A DNA stretch of 64,000 nucleotides from an uncultured Eubacteriales bacterium (GTDB lineage Bacteria > Bacillota > Clostridia > Oscillospirales > QAMX01), in contig CAUGMN010000003.1 in the NCBI GenBank assembly GCA_959600635.1, positions 6,527-70,526 of the forward strand, read 5' to 3'. Below, piece after piece: positions 52,407 through 60,308 of the stretch (positions within the stretch are counted from its first letter, which is position 1; each line of letters starts with the position of its first letter). Made by a program: the position numbers and the translations under genes. The notes below the pieces were generated by a model. That model saw nothing but the letters and a program-made list of their open reading frames with translations, was not told where the DNA came from and ran no database searches.

Positions 52407-55400
52407 TTACTTTTTGCCTTTCTTTCTGCCGCGGAAGGTCAGAACCACAAGACCCATGGCAGAGAGAACCGCGGTCGCCGCAAACAGCGCGATGTTGGAA
52501 GAATCGCTCGTGTCGGGGATATCTCCGCCCGGATCGAGCGGAACGTCGGGATCGTCGATGTCGATCTCCGGTTCCGTCGTCGTCTCGGCCGGCTCGGTCA
52601 TCGGAGGCTCAGTCGTCGTTTCCGGCGGATCGAGCGGCACCGAGGGCTCGGTGATCTCGATCTCCGGCTCGGTCGTCTCCGGCGGCTCGGTGGTTTCCGG
52701 CTCCGTCACCGGCGGCGTGGTCACCGGCGGATCCAGTCTCAGCTCGAAGTAGATGTCCAGAACATGGAGCGCGTTCGCGTTCGTCAGCTTCATCTCGGTT
52801 GCGCCGCCGACAAACGCATAGGTTTCGCCGTTATAATCGGTGTGGTTATCCGGATTGGCGGAAACGATCTGGTTCTTGTATCCGTTATACGGGCCGACGC
52901 TCTTGCTGCCGGAATCGATTACGGTGTCGCCCATATACTTGGTGTAGTGGTAAACGATCTTGTAGAAGTAGTCGTCCTCATCCACCGGCGGGGGCGTCGG
53001 CGTCTCGGTCAAACGCTCGTAGCGGAGCGTGATCGTGTAGCTGCCGTTCTCTTCGCTCAGGGTGATGCTTGCCGGGTCAGCGGAAACATAGGCGTAGGTA
53101 TTGTCGCCGTAGGTCAGCTGCTTGGCAATATCGGAGCCTGTAATCGTCGTGCCGAGCGGCGCGCTTCCGTTGCCGCTCGTCTCGCCGTCCTTCACAGGTT
53201 CACCGCCGTCGGTGGACGTGTAGTACTCGTGAATGATCGTGTAGGAGACGCTCGGAATCGTCTTCGTCGCGTAGTACACCTTGATAACCGTGTTGTTGTC
53301 GTGAATCGTCGCCGGCAGGCCGTTGACGCTCGTTCTCACATAGCCCGCTTTCAGCGCGTCGGAATCCGCAACGTTTTCGACCTCCGTGCCGTAGGCGATG
53401 TTGGTGAAGGAATCCGTATCAAACGGGGTATTTTCTCCGACGTAGTAGTGCTCAACCGTGTAGCTCAGGTCGCCGCGCAGGTCGTAGTAGACCTCAATGA
53501 CCGTGCTGTTGTCGTGAATCGTCGCCGGCAGGCCGTTGACGTTCGTTCTCACATAGCCCGCTTTCAGCGCGTCGGAATCCGCAACGTTTTCGACCTTCGT
53601 GCCGTAGCTGATGTTAGCGAAAGAATCCGTATCAAACGGGGTATTTTCTCCAACATAGTAGTGCTTAACCGTGTAGCTCAGGTCGCCGCGCAGGTCGTAG
53701 TAGACCTCAATGACCGTGCTGTTGTCTTGAATCGTCGCCGGCAGGCCGTTGACGTCCGTTCTCACATAACCCGCTTTCAGCGCGTCGGAATCCGCAACCT
53801 CGTTTACCGGCGTGTCGTAGGCGATGTTGGTGAAGGAATCCGTATCAAACGGGGTCTCTTCTCCGACGTAGTAGTGCTTAACCGTGTAGCTCAGGTCGCC
53901 GCGCAGGTTGTAGTACACCTTGATAACCGTGCTGTTGTCGTGAATCGTCGCCGGCAGACCGTTGACGCTCGTTCTCACATAGCCCGCTTTCAGCGCGTCG
54001 GAATCCGCAACCTCTTTTACCTTCGTGTCGTAGGCGATGTTGGTGAAGGAATCCGTATCAAACGGGGTCTCTTCTCCAACGTAGTAGTGTTCAACCGTGT
54101 AGCTCAAATTGGTCGGCTGATTGGCCCGGTAGTACAGTTTCAGCGTCAGGCTGGCGCTGTCAAACGCAATCTCCGTCACGCTGCCCGCAACCGACGCATC
54201 ATAGGCAAAGCCTTCAACCGTTTTCACATATGGGGCGGCAAGCTTCGTCTCGCCGTATTTGATGACGCCGCCCTCGTCGGGATAGCTCGTCAGGTTCTGT
54301 TCATACGCTCCGGTGTTGTAGCCCGTCTCAAACCAGTGCTCGACTGTGAAATTCTTGTCCGCAGGCTGATTGGCCCGGTAGTACAGTTTCAACGTCAGGC
54401 TCGCGCTGTCAAACGCAATCTCCGTCACGCTGCCCGCAACCGACGCGTCATAGGCAAAGCCTTCAACCGTTTTCACATACGAGGCGGCAAGCTTCGTCTC
54501 GCCGTATTTGATGACGCCGCCCTCGTCGGGATAGCTCGTCAGGTTCTGTTCATACGCTCCGGTGTTGTAGCCCGTCTCAAACCAGTGCTCGACTGTGAAA
54601 TTCTTTTGCAGCAGCTTGTTTTCCACGCCGTTGGCCGGAACCGTAGAGTTCTTGACTTCGCCGTAAACGACGTCGAAGGTGTAGGAAGCCGCCTGGCTCT
54701 GATCGTAACCCGCGGCGACCGTTTCCGTCAGCGTGAAGCTGTGGCCGCTCGGGATCCCCGTGAAGCTGACCTGCGTTTCGCCGCCGCTGAGCGTCACGGT
54801 TTTCGACCAGCTGCCGCTCGTCAGCGTGAACGCCGTCCCGTCGAGAGAAACGCTGTTTTCGCCGAGTTTGGCAAAGCTGAGGCTGCCGAGGTAGCCCTTA
54901 ACGGTCGGGACTTTGAGGTTTGTCGAATACAGCGTCGGCTGCAACTGGCCGTTCACGGTCAGCATATAAGTCAGCGATGTGGTCTTGTTGGCGGCGTAAG
55001 CCGTTTCCGCCGTAAAGCCCTCCGCCTTGGTATCCAGCGTGACCGAGTAGGTCATCGTATAGGTGTACCAGCCGTCGACCGGGCCGGTGCGGGAGATATC
55101 ATTTTTCAAATCCCAAATCAGGGTATCGGTATCGGTATTGAACTTGCGGACCGCGTCGCTGTCGGCCGCCGTGGCGTTGGTCACTCTGGCAACCGATGCG
55201 TTGGCGCCGAAATCGATATAATCGCCCATCGGATCGGTAAGGATCCACGCCTGCGCCTGGTTGACGATGATCTGCGCGATGCTCTGCAAGCCGCTGAAAA
55301 TATCGTCGCCCGCGGCGATGCTCTGCGTCGCAAAGGAGCTCAGCCACGCGTCGATGCTCTGGCCGTTGACGGTTTTGCCGTTGATATCGCTGCTTTTATA

Positions 55401-56471
55401 GGAAACGGTGTACAGCTTGGCGCCCTTGTCCTTGATCTGCTTGGGGAGGTTGTCGCCGTGCCGGACATGATTATTGCCTACGTTTCTTGTTTGGGTGCAG
55501 TAGATGTCATGGTAATCGTCGTGCTCAGCTTCGTTGCCGCCGCCCCGGCTGCCGGAGATAAAATTAACGTCGCTGGGCTGTCCGTCTACATGGTACGTCG
55601 GTACGCCGTCGGTCATCATGACGACATACTTGTTCCCGATCGCAGAGACGAGCGTCTCGCTCAGGAGGTTGTTGGCGAGGCGGAGGCCGGCCTCGATATT
55701 CGTGCCGCCGCCGTCCGTCGTTCTCTCACCGCCGTGCGGGCCGGTATAGGTGTTTATCGTCGTCCCCGTCTGGTGATTATGTCTCTTGGCCTGCTTGTCA
55801 TCTTGCGTCGTATAATCGCAACCCTCATAAGTGCATTGATAATGGCCGCCCAAATAACCGTCGCCGAGATAGCCGTCTGTCCACTCCATGAAATTCTCAT
55901 AGACGGCTTCCTCATGCGTATGTGTGCCGGTCGTGTTGCAGGCGCCGTTGCCGGAACGGTAGGCAAAACCATTTTGAACCGCGTCAATTCCGTTGTTGAC
56001 GGCAGTCAAGTTGCCGTTTGCATCCGTCCAGTAGAGGGTGGTTTTGCCGTTAGAGCCAAACTCGACGACCGCGACATAGCGCAGCCCGTCGCCCGCCTCC
56101 TTGACGAACTCCGCGACAAAGTTTTTCGCCGCCGTCTTGGCGTTCGCCATATCGGTGCTGCTCATGCTGTTCGAAGCGTCCAGCACAAGAACGACCGCCG
56201 CGTCCTTGGACACGACCTGCGTCTGGACGTCCTCCTTGGTTTTTGCTGTGAGAGTAATCTCAAAGGTATTCTCTCCGGTCTGCTCGATCGTCTTGGCGTG
56301 CTGGACCTTTCCGTCAGCGGTGGTCTGCCATTCGCCGTTGGAGACGATCTGGTTTTTCCCCGTCGGTTCTCCTGCCGCAATGATGCCGCCGGTCAAAACC
56401 GGGGTCAGCACCATAACGACCGCGAGGAAAAACGAAAGCGTACGCTTCCAGGGGGTGTTCAAATTCTTCAT
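52407..56471 (-). CDS. 1354-aa surface adhesin: signal peptide, vWA domain, repeat modules, P/T/E stalk, C-terminal sorting-signal-like anchor
   Basis: MKNLNTPWKRTLSFFLAVVMVLTPVLTG signal; MIDAS VLVLDASNSMS; 2x83-aa and 4-5x71-aa (MucBP-like YTVxHYY...VYY) repeats. The C-terminus is IPDTSDSSN + hydrophobic helix + RGRKKGKK. Confidence 0.9.
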   Translation of the reverse strand: MKNLNTPWKRTLSFFLAVVMVLTPVLTGGIIAAGEPTGKNQIVSNGEWQTTADGKVQHAKTIEQTGENTFEITLTAKTKEDVQTQVVSKDAAVVLVLDASNSMSSTDMANAKTAAKNFVAEFVKEAGDGLRYVAVVEFGSNGKTTLYWTDANGNLTAVNNGIDAVQNGFAYRSGNGACNTTGTHTHEEAVYENFMEWTDGYLGDGYLGGHYQCTYEGCDYTTQDDKQAKRHNHQTGTTINTYTGPHGGERTTDGGGTNIEAGLRLANNLLSETLVSAIGNKYVVMMTDGVPTYHVDGQPSDVNFISGSRGGGNEAEHDDYHDIYCTQTRNVGNNHVRHGDNLPKQIKDKGAKLYTVSYKSSDINGKTVNGQSIDAWLSSFATQSIAAGDDIFSGLQSIAQIIVNQAQAWILTDPMGDYIDFGANASVARVTNATAADSDAVRKFNTDTDTLIWDLKNDISRTGPVDGWYTYTMTYSVTLDTKAEGFTAETAYAANKTTSLTYMLTVNGQLQPTLYSTNLKVPTVKGYLGSLSFAKLGENSVSLDGTAFTLTSGSWSKTVTLSGGETQVSFTGIPSGHSFTLTETVAAGYDQSQAASYTFDVVYGEVKNSTVPANGVENKLLQKNFTVEHWFETGYNTGAYEQNLTSYPDEGGVIKYGETKLAASYVKTVEGFAYDASVAGSVTEIAFDSASLTLKLYYRANQPADKNFTVEHWFETGYNTGAYEQNLTSYPDEGGVIKYGETKLAAPYVKTVEGFAYDASVAGSVTEIAFDSASLTLKLYYRANQPTNLSYTVEHYYVGEETPFDTDSFTNIAYDTKVKEVADSDALKAGYVRTSVNGLPATIHDNSTVIKVYYNLRGDLSYTVKHYYVGEETPFDTDSFTNIAYDTPVNEVADSDALKAGYVRTDVNGLPATIQDNSTVIEVYYDLRGDLSYTVKHYYVGENTPFDTDSFANISYGTKVENVADSDALKAGYVRTNVNGLPATIHDNSTVIEVYYDLRGDLSYTVEHYYVGENTPFDTDSFTNIAYGTEVENVADSDALKAGYVRTSVNGLPATIHDNNTVIKVYYATKTIPSVSYTIIHEYYTSTDGGEPVKDGETSGNGSAPLGTTITGSDIAKQLTYGDNTYAYVSADPASITLSEENGSYTITLRYERLTETPTPPPVDEDDYFYKIVYHYTKYMGDTVIDSGSKSVGPYNGYKNQIVSANPDNHTDYNGETYAFVGGATEMKLTNANALHVLDIYFELRLDPPVTTPPVTEPETTEPPETTEPEIEITEPSVPLDPPETTTEPPMTEPAETTTEPEIDIDDPDVPLDPGGDIPDTSDSSNIALFAATAVLSAMGLVVLTFRGRKKGKK
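53264..54115. repeat. four tandem 213-bp (71-aa) repeats inside the adhesin gene, plus a fifth divergent copy downstream
   Basis: CGTAGTAGTGCT(C/T)AACCGTG recurs at 53441, 53654, 53867 and 54080 (period exactly 213 nt). Confidence 0.9.
54117..54614. repeat. two near-identical tandem 249-bp (83-aa) repeats inside the adhesin gene
   Basis: CTGATTGGCCCGGTAGTACAGTTTCA starts at 54117 and 54366; the two copies differ at only a few positions. Confidence 0.9.
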
Positions 56472-56655
56472 TGCCAACGTCCTTTCTTTTCGCTTTGCTT
56501 GATATCGCTCTGACAAAGGACGAATTTTGGCTGCCGGACTGCCGTCGCCTTTCGGCCTTAGGCTCCTGAGCTTTGCGTCCCGCAGTTTCCCGCGGTTTGC
56601 CGTTTCAGTATTCGACTGTCATTGAAACGTTTTGATGTCTGCGGTGTTTTTTTTG

Positions 56656-57147
56656 CTACTCTTCCTTGATACTGCTTTCGTCGAGCGCGCTGTCGATCAG
56701 TTTCAGCAGCTCCAGCGCGCTTCGGAACCGCTGCGTCTTGTTTTTCTCCGCCCAGACGACGGAGCCCTGCCACGTTGCGTTTTGCCGGTACTGTACATGA
56801 ACCACAAAAGTAGCCTTGTCGCCCCGCTGGCTTGTGACCTCGTTTTCGCTCATAAGCTTTGTTCTCTCCCTTACGGCCGGCCGCGGCGTTTTTTCCTCCT
56901 GCTTTCTGCCGAACGTCCTACTCTCTGTGGATGCCTGCGGATACCGCGTCTCGTCAAAGATTCCGTCCGCTCTGAGCAGCAGCTCTCCAATCTCCGAAAA
57001 ACAGACCGGCTCGCCCGCGTAACAGTGATACAGTCTGTAACTCACGCCGTTTTCCGCGCCGTCAACACAGATACAAAGGATATTCGGTGCAACCCTTCCT
57101 ATCCTTCTCTGTATCAAGCTCTCATCACCTCTCACGCGCCGTTTCAT
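56656..57147 (-). CDS. conserved hypothetical protein (Clostridia family with C-terminal F(V/A)V.V.YRQNATWQG...RSALELLKLIDSAL)
   Basis: 163-aa ORF. The ATG at 57147 lies only ~14 nt from the -10 box, so the mRNA would be near-leaderless; alternatively, translation starts at the TTG at 57117, which follows an AGAGGTGA RBS. Confidence 0.65.
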   Translation of the reverse strand: MKRRVRGDESLIQRRIGRVAPNILCICVDGAENGVSYRLYHCYAGEPVCFSEIGELLLRADGIFDETRYPQASTESRTFGRKQEEKTPRPAVRERTKLMSENEVTSQRGDKATFVVHVQYRQNATWQGSVVWAEKNKTQRFRSALELLKLIDSALDESSIKEE

Positions 57148-57160
57148 ATCGTATGATACA

Positions 57161-57207
57161 ATTATACTACGCGCGCCGTTACACGAGCGTTACATAAACG
57201 CATTACA
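57161..57207 (-). promoter_or_regulatory. TATAAT -10 box preceded by three direct TGTAA(T/C)G heptamers (SARP-type activator site candidate)
   Basis: Minus strand reads TGTAATG-N6-TGTAACG-N4-TGTAACG-N10-TATAAT, with repeat starts 13 and 11 nt apart and no -35 hexamer. Confidence 0.5.
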
Positions 57208-57255
57208 ACACGAGAAACATATGCCAATTTTGACCTTTTGATGTAATTTATTCCA

Positions 57256-58491
57256 TCACCATCTGACGGTCCCGATCGTCTTGCCCTCGCTGGGGCCGGA
57301 CGCTGAAATCATCTTAAAGCGCATACGCACGCCGCGCGGACGGCAGTTTTCCCGGAAAATCCGCTCGACGCGCGTCGAAACGATCGAGCAGTTCTCCTGG
57401 CTGATGCCGATCAGCAGCACCAGAAAACGCCCCGGCGACAGGCAGGTGTACATGTCGCCGCGGCGCAGCGCGCCTTTGAGCGAAGCGGAAGCCGCGTCCG
57501 AAGCGGCGCGGAGCTTGTCTCCCTCCTCCAGCGGCCGGCCGGAAAGGTCGGTCAGCGTACAGAGCATCAGGTAGACCGACTGCCCGCTCCGCTCGACGAT
57601 GCGGATCACATAGCGGTAGCTCTCGGTAAACGTCAGGTAGTCGCAGAAAAACGCGCCGCGGGTTTCGCCCTCTTCGTCGAGGAGCTTTTTGACGCTGTCG
57701 ATCGAGACGTCGTGATCCGGGATCTGCTCGGCGATTCTGGCGTGCAGCGCGATCATCTGGTCGCTGGGCTTTAAGCCCAGCTCCGTGTAATACGTATCCG
57801 TCACCGATTCAAACGCCGCGAGCGCCTCTCTTGGGCGGCGCAGATCGATCAGGGCGGCAATGCGCATCAGGTGCAGGCTCTCGTCATACGGATAGATCGC
57901 GCTCGCCGTCGTGGAGATCGCATAGATCTTTTCCAAATCGCCGGCCGTTCGCAGAGCCGCCGCCGCGTCTTCGATACAGCCGAGATAGAGGTTTTTCAGG
58001 CGCGCCGACTCGACCGCAACCCAATCCTCGGCGAGAAAATTGGGCAAAAGCTCGCCCTTATAGAGTTCCAGCGCGTCGAGGCGGTGATTCAGCGCCGTCT
58101 CCGCGTCGCCCGCGGCCGCGGCCGCCGCGGCTTCATCGAGCAGCGCCTCAAAACGGCGGACGTCCGTATCGACCGGGATCTCCCCGTTCCAGCCGCACAT
58201 GCCGTTTTTGCTGGTGATATACGTCTCATCCGGCAGCCCCGACGAAACCAGCAGTTTCCGGAGCCGGTGCAGCGTTACTCGGAACGTGTTCGACGGATCC
58301 CCGCATTCGTCGTCGCTGTACAGCATGTCGTACAGCTCTTCCTTATGAAAAGATTTTCCCTGATAAAAAATTAAAAATTGCAGCAGGCCGACCACGCGGC
58401 TGCCCCGATTTTGCCACAGCATCAACGGTTTTCCGTTCATCTGCATGGAAAAACCGCCGAACATCGCGGCCGCCAGCGCCGTATCCTCCAT
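57256..58491 (-). CDS. SARP-type winged-helix + BTAD regulator with a degenerate GGDEF-like C-terminal domain
   Basis: FGGFSMQMNGKPLMLWQNRGSRVVGLLQFLIF...TFRVTLHRLRKLL (OmpR/SARP wHTH), then TPR-like BTAD, then a C-terminal RRGDMYTCLSPGRFLVLLIG where GGDEF would sit. ATG at 58491 with a GGGAGAG RBS is preferred over the ORF-track 58521. Confidence 0.8.
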   Translation of the reverse strand: MEDTALAAAMFGGFSMQMNGKPLMLWQNRGSRVVGLLQFLIFYQGKSFHKEELYDMLYSDDECGDPSNTFRVTLHRLRKLLVSSGLPDETYITSKNGMCGWNGEIPVDTDVRRFEALLDEAAAAAAAGDAETALNHRLDALELYKGELLPNFLAEDWVAVESARLKNLYLGCIEDAAAALRTAGDLEKIYAISTTASAIYPYDESLHLMRIAALIDLRRPREALAAFESVTDTYYTELGLKPSDQMIALHARIAEQIPDHDVSIDSVKKLLDEEGETRGAFFCDYLTFTESYRYVIRIVERSGQSVYLMLCTLTDLSGRPLEEGDKLRAASDAASASLKGALRRGDMYTCLSPGRFLVLLIGISQENCSIVSTRVERIFRENCRPRGVRMRFKMISASGPSEGKTIGTVRW

Positions 58492-58535
58492 AAAAATCTC
58501 TCCCGTCATGGAAACATTCAAATTATCTCATTTAT

Positions 58536-58564
58536 ATTATACAAGATGAAATTTATAAACGCAA
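58536..58564 (-). promoter_or_regulatory. promoter candidate for the SARP-like regulator
   Basis: Minus strand reads TTGCGT - 17 nt - TATAAT. Confidence 0.55.
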
Positions 58565-58667
58565 CCCTCCTTTTCTGTCTTTTTTGAAAATTCTATCCTC
58601 TCCGGCGCAGCCGCCGGTAAACGCTTTTTTTCGCCTTGCCGGGCGAATGCCCATGGCGTCAAAACGC

Positions 58668-58708
58668 AAAAAAAGCGCCTCCGAAAAACGTCGTTTCCCG
58701 GAAGCGCC
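58668..58708 (-). terminator. rho-independent terminator of the infC-rpmI-rplT operon
   Basis: GCGCUUCCG / CGGAGGCGC stem (one G-U pair) followed by TTTTTTT on the minus strand, about 40 nt after the rplT stop. Confidence 0.8.
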
Positions 58709-58746
58709 TTCTGTTGTGTTTGCCAAAGCCACGCGCGCGACGCGCC

Positions 58747-59100
58747 TTACAGCGCCGCTTTCGCCGCGGCGACCAGCTGGGCGAAGCCCGCCGGATCGCT
58801 GTGCGCCATGTCCGCGAGGACCTTGCGGTTCAGCGTGATGCCGGCTTTTTTCAGGCCGTTGATAAAGCGGGAGTAGTTGATATCGTTGGCCTTGCAGCCC
58901 GCGGAAATCCGCGTGATCCAGAGGCGGCGGAAGTCGCGCTTTTTCAGGCGGCGGCTGATGTAAGCGTATTTCAGCGATTTCATGACCGCCTGGTTCGCCA
59001 TCTTGAAATGCTTGGATTTGGCGCCCCAGTAGCCCTTCGCGAGTCTCAGGGTCTTGTTTCTTCTCTTGCGGGTCATCATCGCGCCCTTAATTCTTGCCAT
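58747..59100 (-). CDS. rplT: 50S ribosomal protein L20
   Basis: [47 protein letters not shown]; 117 aa. Confidence 0.97.
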   Translation of the reverse strand: MARIKGAMMTRKRRNKTLRLAKGYWGAKSKHFKMANQAVMKSLKYAYISRRLKKRDFRRLWITRISAGCKANDINYSRFINGLKKAGITLNRKVLADMAHSDPAGFAQLVAAAKAAL

Positions 59101-59144
59101 ATCTGTTCAATCCTTTCAATAACCTCAAATTGTGCCGCCGGTTC

Positions 59145-59342
59145 TTACGCGTAGGGGAGCATTTTCTTGACGGCGGGCGCGTTGGACTCCGACGCATACG
59201 CCTGCTTGCGCAGCGATCTCTTTTTCTTGGTGCTCTTATGGGTGAGGATATGGTTTCTGAGCGCCTGCTTGCGCTTCACCTTACCGGTCTTTGTAAACGA
59301 AAACCGTTTTTTCGCGCTGGAACGAGATTTTAACTTGGGCAT
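59145..59342 (-). CDS. rpmI: 50S ribosomal protein L35
   Basis: [42 protein letters not shown]; 65 aa. Confidence 0.97.
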   Translation of the reverse strand: MPKLKSRSSAKKRFSFTKTGKVKRKQALRNHILTHKSTKKKRSLRKQAYASESNAPAVKKMLPYA

Positions 59343-59450
59343 AATTGTTGACTCCTTTCATATGTCAAGCAAGGTTCGGACAAAAAATCGCCTGCGCCCG
59401 ACGCTGAAACGCAGCGGGCGGCATTTTTGTTCTGTTTGCCTTTTCAGCCG

Positions 59451-59969
59451 TTATTTCCCGGATTTGGAATTGATGATCAGGCTCATCTGCCGCCCTTCGA
59501 GCTTCGGGGGCTTTTCGACGCTGCCGAATTCCTCGCAGTCGGCGGCAAAGCGTTTGAGCAGCGCGGCGCCGAGATCCGTATGCGTCATCTCGCGGCCGCG
59601 GAAGCGAATCGAGGCCTTGACCTTGTCGCCGTCGCTTAAAAACTTCTGCGCGCCGCGCAGCTTGAAATCATAGTCGTGCGCGCCGATGCCGACGGACAGC
59701 TTAACCTCTTTGATCTCGACGATGTTCTGGTTTTTCCTCGTCTCGCGCAGCTTTTTCGACTGCTCGAACTTGAACTTGCCGTAATCCATAATCTTGCACA
59801 CCGGCGGAACCGCCCCCGGCGCAATCTTGACGAGGTCCAGCCCGGCGTTACGAGCCGCCGCCTGCGCCACAGCGTTGGTGACGACGCCCTTCTGCTCTCC
59901 GTTTTCGTCGATGAGACGGACGGACGGGTCGCGGATCTCCGCGTTGATCATATGCTCGTTTTTCGGGAT
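59451..59969 (-). CDS. infC: translation initiation factor IF-3, probably with a non-AUG (ATC) start
   Basis: INAEIRDPSVRLIDENGEQKGVV...PPVCKIMDYGKFKFE...IRFRGREMTH. GGAGGTG lies 8 nt before an in-frame ATC at 59969. The first ATG is at 59951; the ORF-track start at 60017 has no RBS. Confidence 0.9.
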   Translation of the reverse strand: MPKNEHMINAEIRDPSVRLIDENGEQKGVVTNAVAQAAARNAGLDLVKIAPGAVPPVCKIMDYGKFKFEQSKKLRETRKNQNIVEIKEVKLSVGIGAHDYDFKLRGAQKFLSDGDKVKASIRFRGREMTHTDLGAALLKRFAADCEEFGSVEKPPKLEGRQMSLIINSKSGK

Positions 59970-60022
59970 ATGAAACACCTCCAAAAATTTTCCCGCTCCC
60001 CGCCGGCCCCATGACAAAGGCG

Positions 60023-60175
60023 AAAAAACGGCGGGGCATACGCGCGCCCCGCCAAAGAAAACGACTCAAAATACAAAGGAGGTCTGAAACATCCTGTTCA
60101 AGCGTTTATCGTATCGACCGCCGTCGCGCTGAGCTCCGGGGTGAGGGCGGGAAGCACCTACTTTATTGCTTAAAC
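60023..60175 (-). promoter_or_regulatory. infC operon leader with an intrinsic attenuator hairpin (L20-leader-like)
   Basis: About 200 nt between the predicted TSS and infC. GGCGGGGCGCGCGTATGCCCCGCC followed by TTTTTT lies at 60023-60053 on the minus strand, upstream of the RBS. Confidence 0.45.
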
Positions 60176-60204
60176 AGTATAACACAATCGGCCAACGTTG
60201 TCAA
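60176..60204 (-). promoter_or_regulatory. promoter candidate for infC-rpmI-rplT
   Basis: Minus strand reads TTGACA - 17 nt - TATACT. Confidence 0.6.
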
Positions 60205-60308
60205 GCGTTTTTGCGCCGATTTTTTTGCCGTCCTGCCGGGCGCTATGGGAAACAGGCTTGTGCGCGCGCCCATTCCGCGCCGGAAGGCAAAGCATCCGTT
60301 AACGCTCC

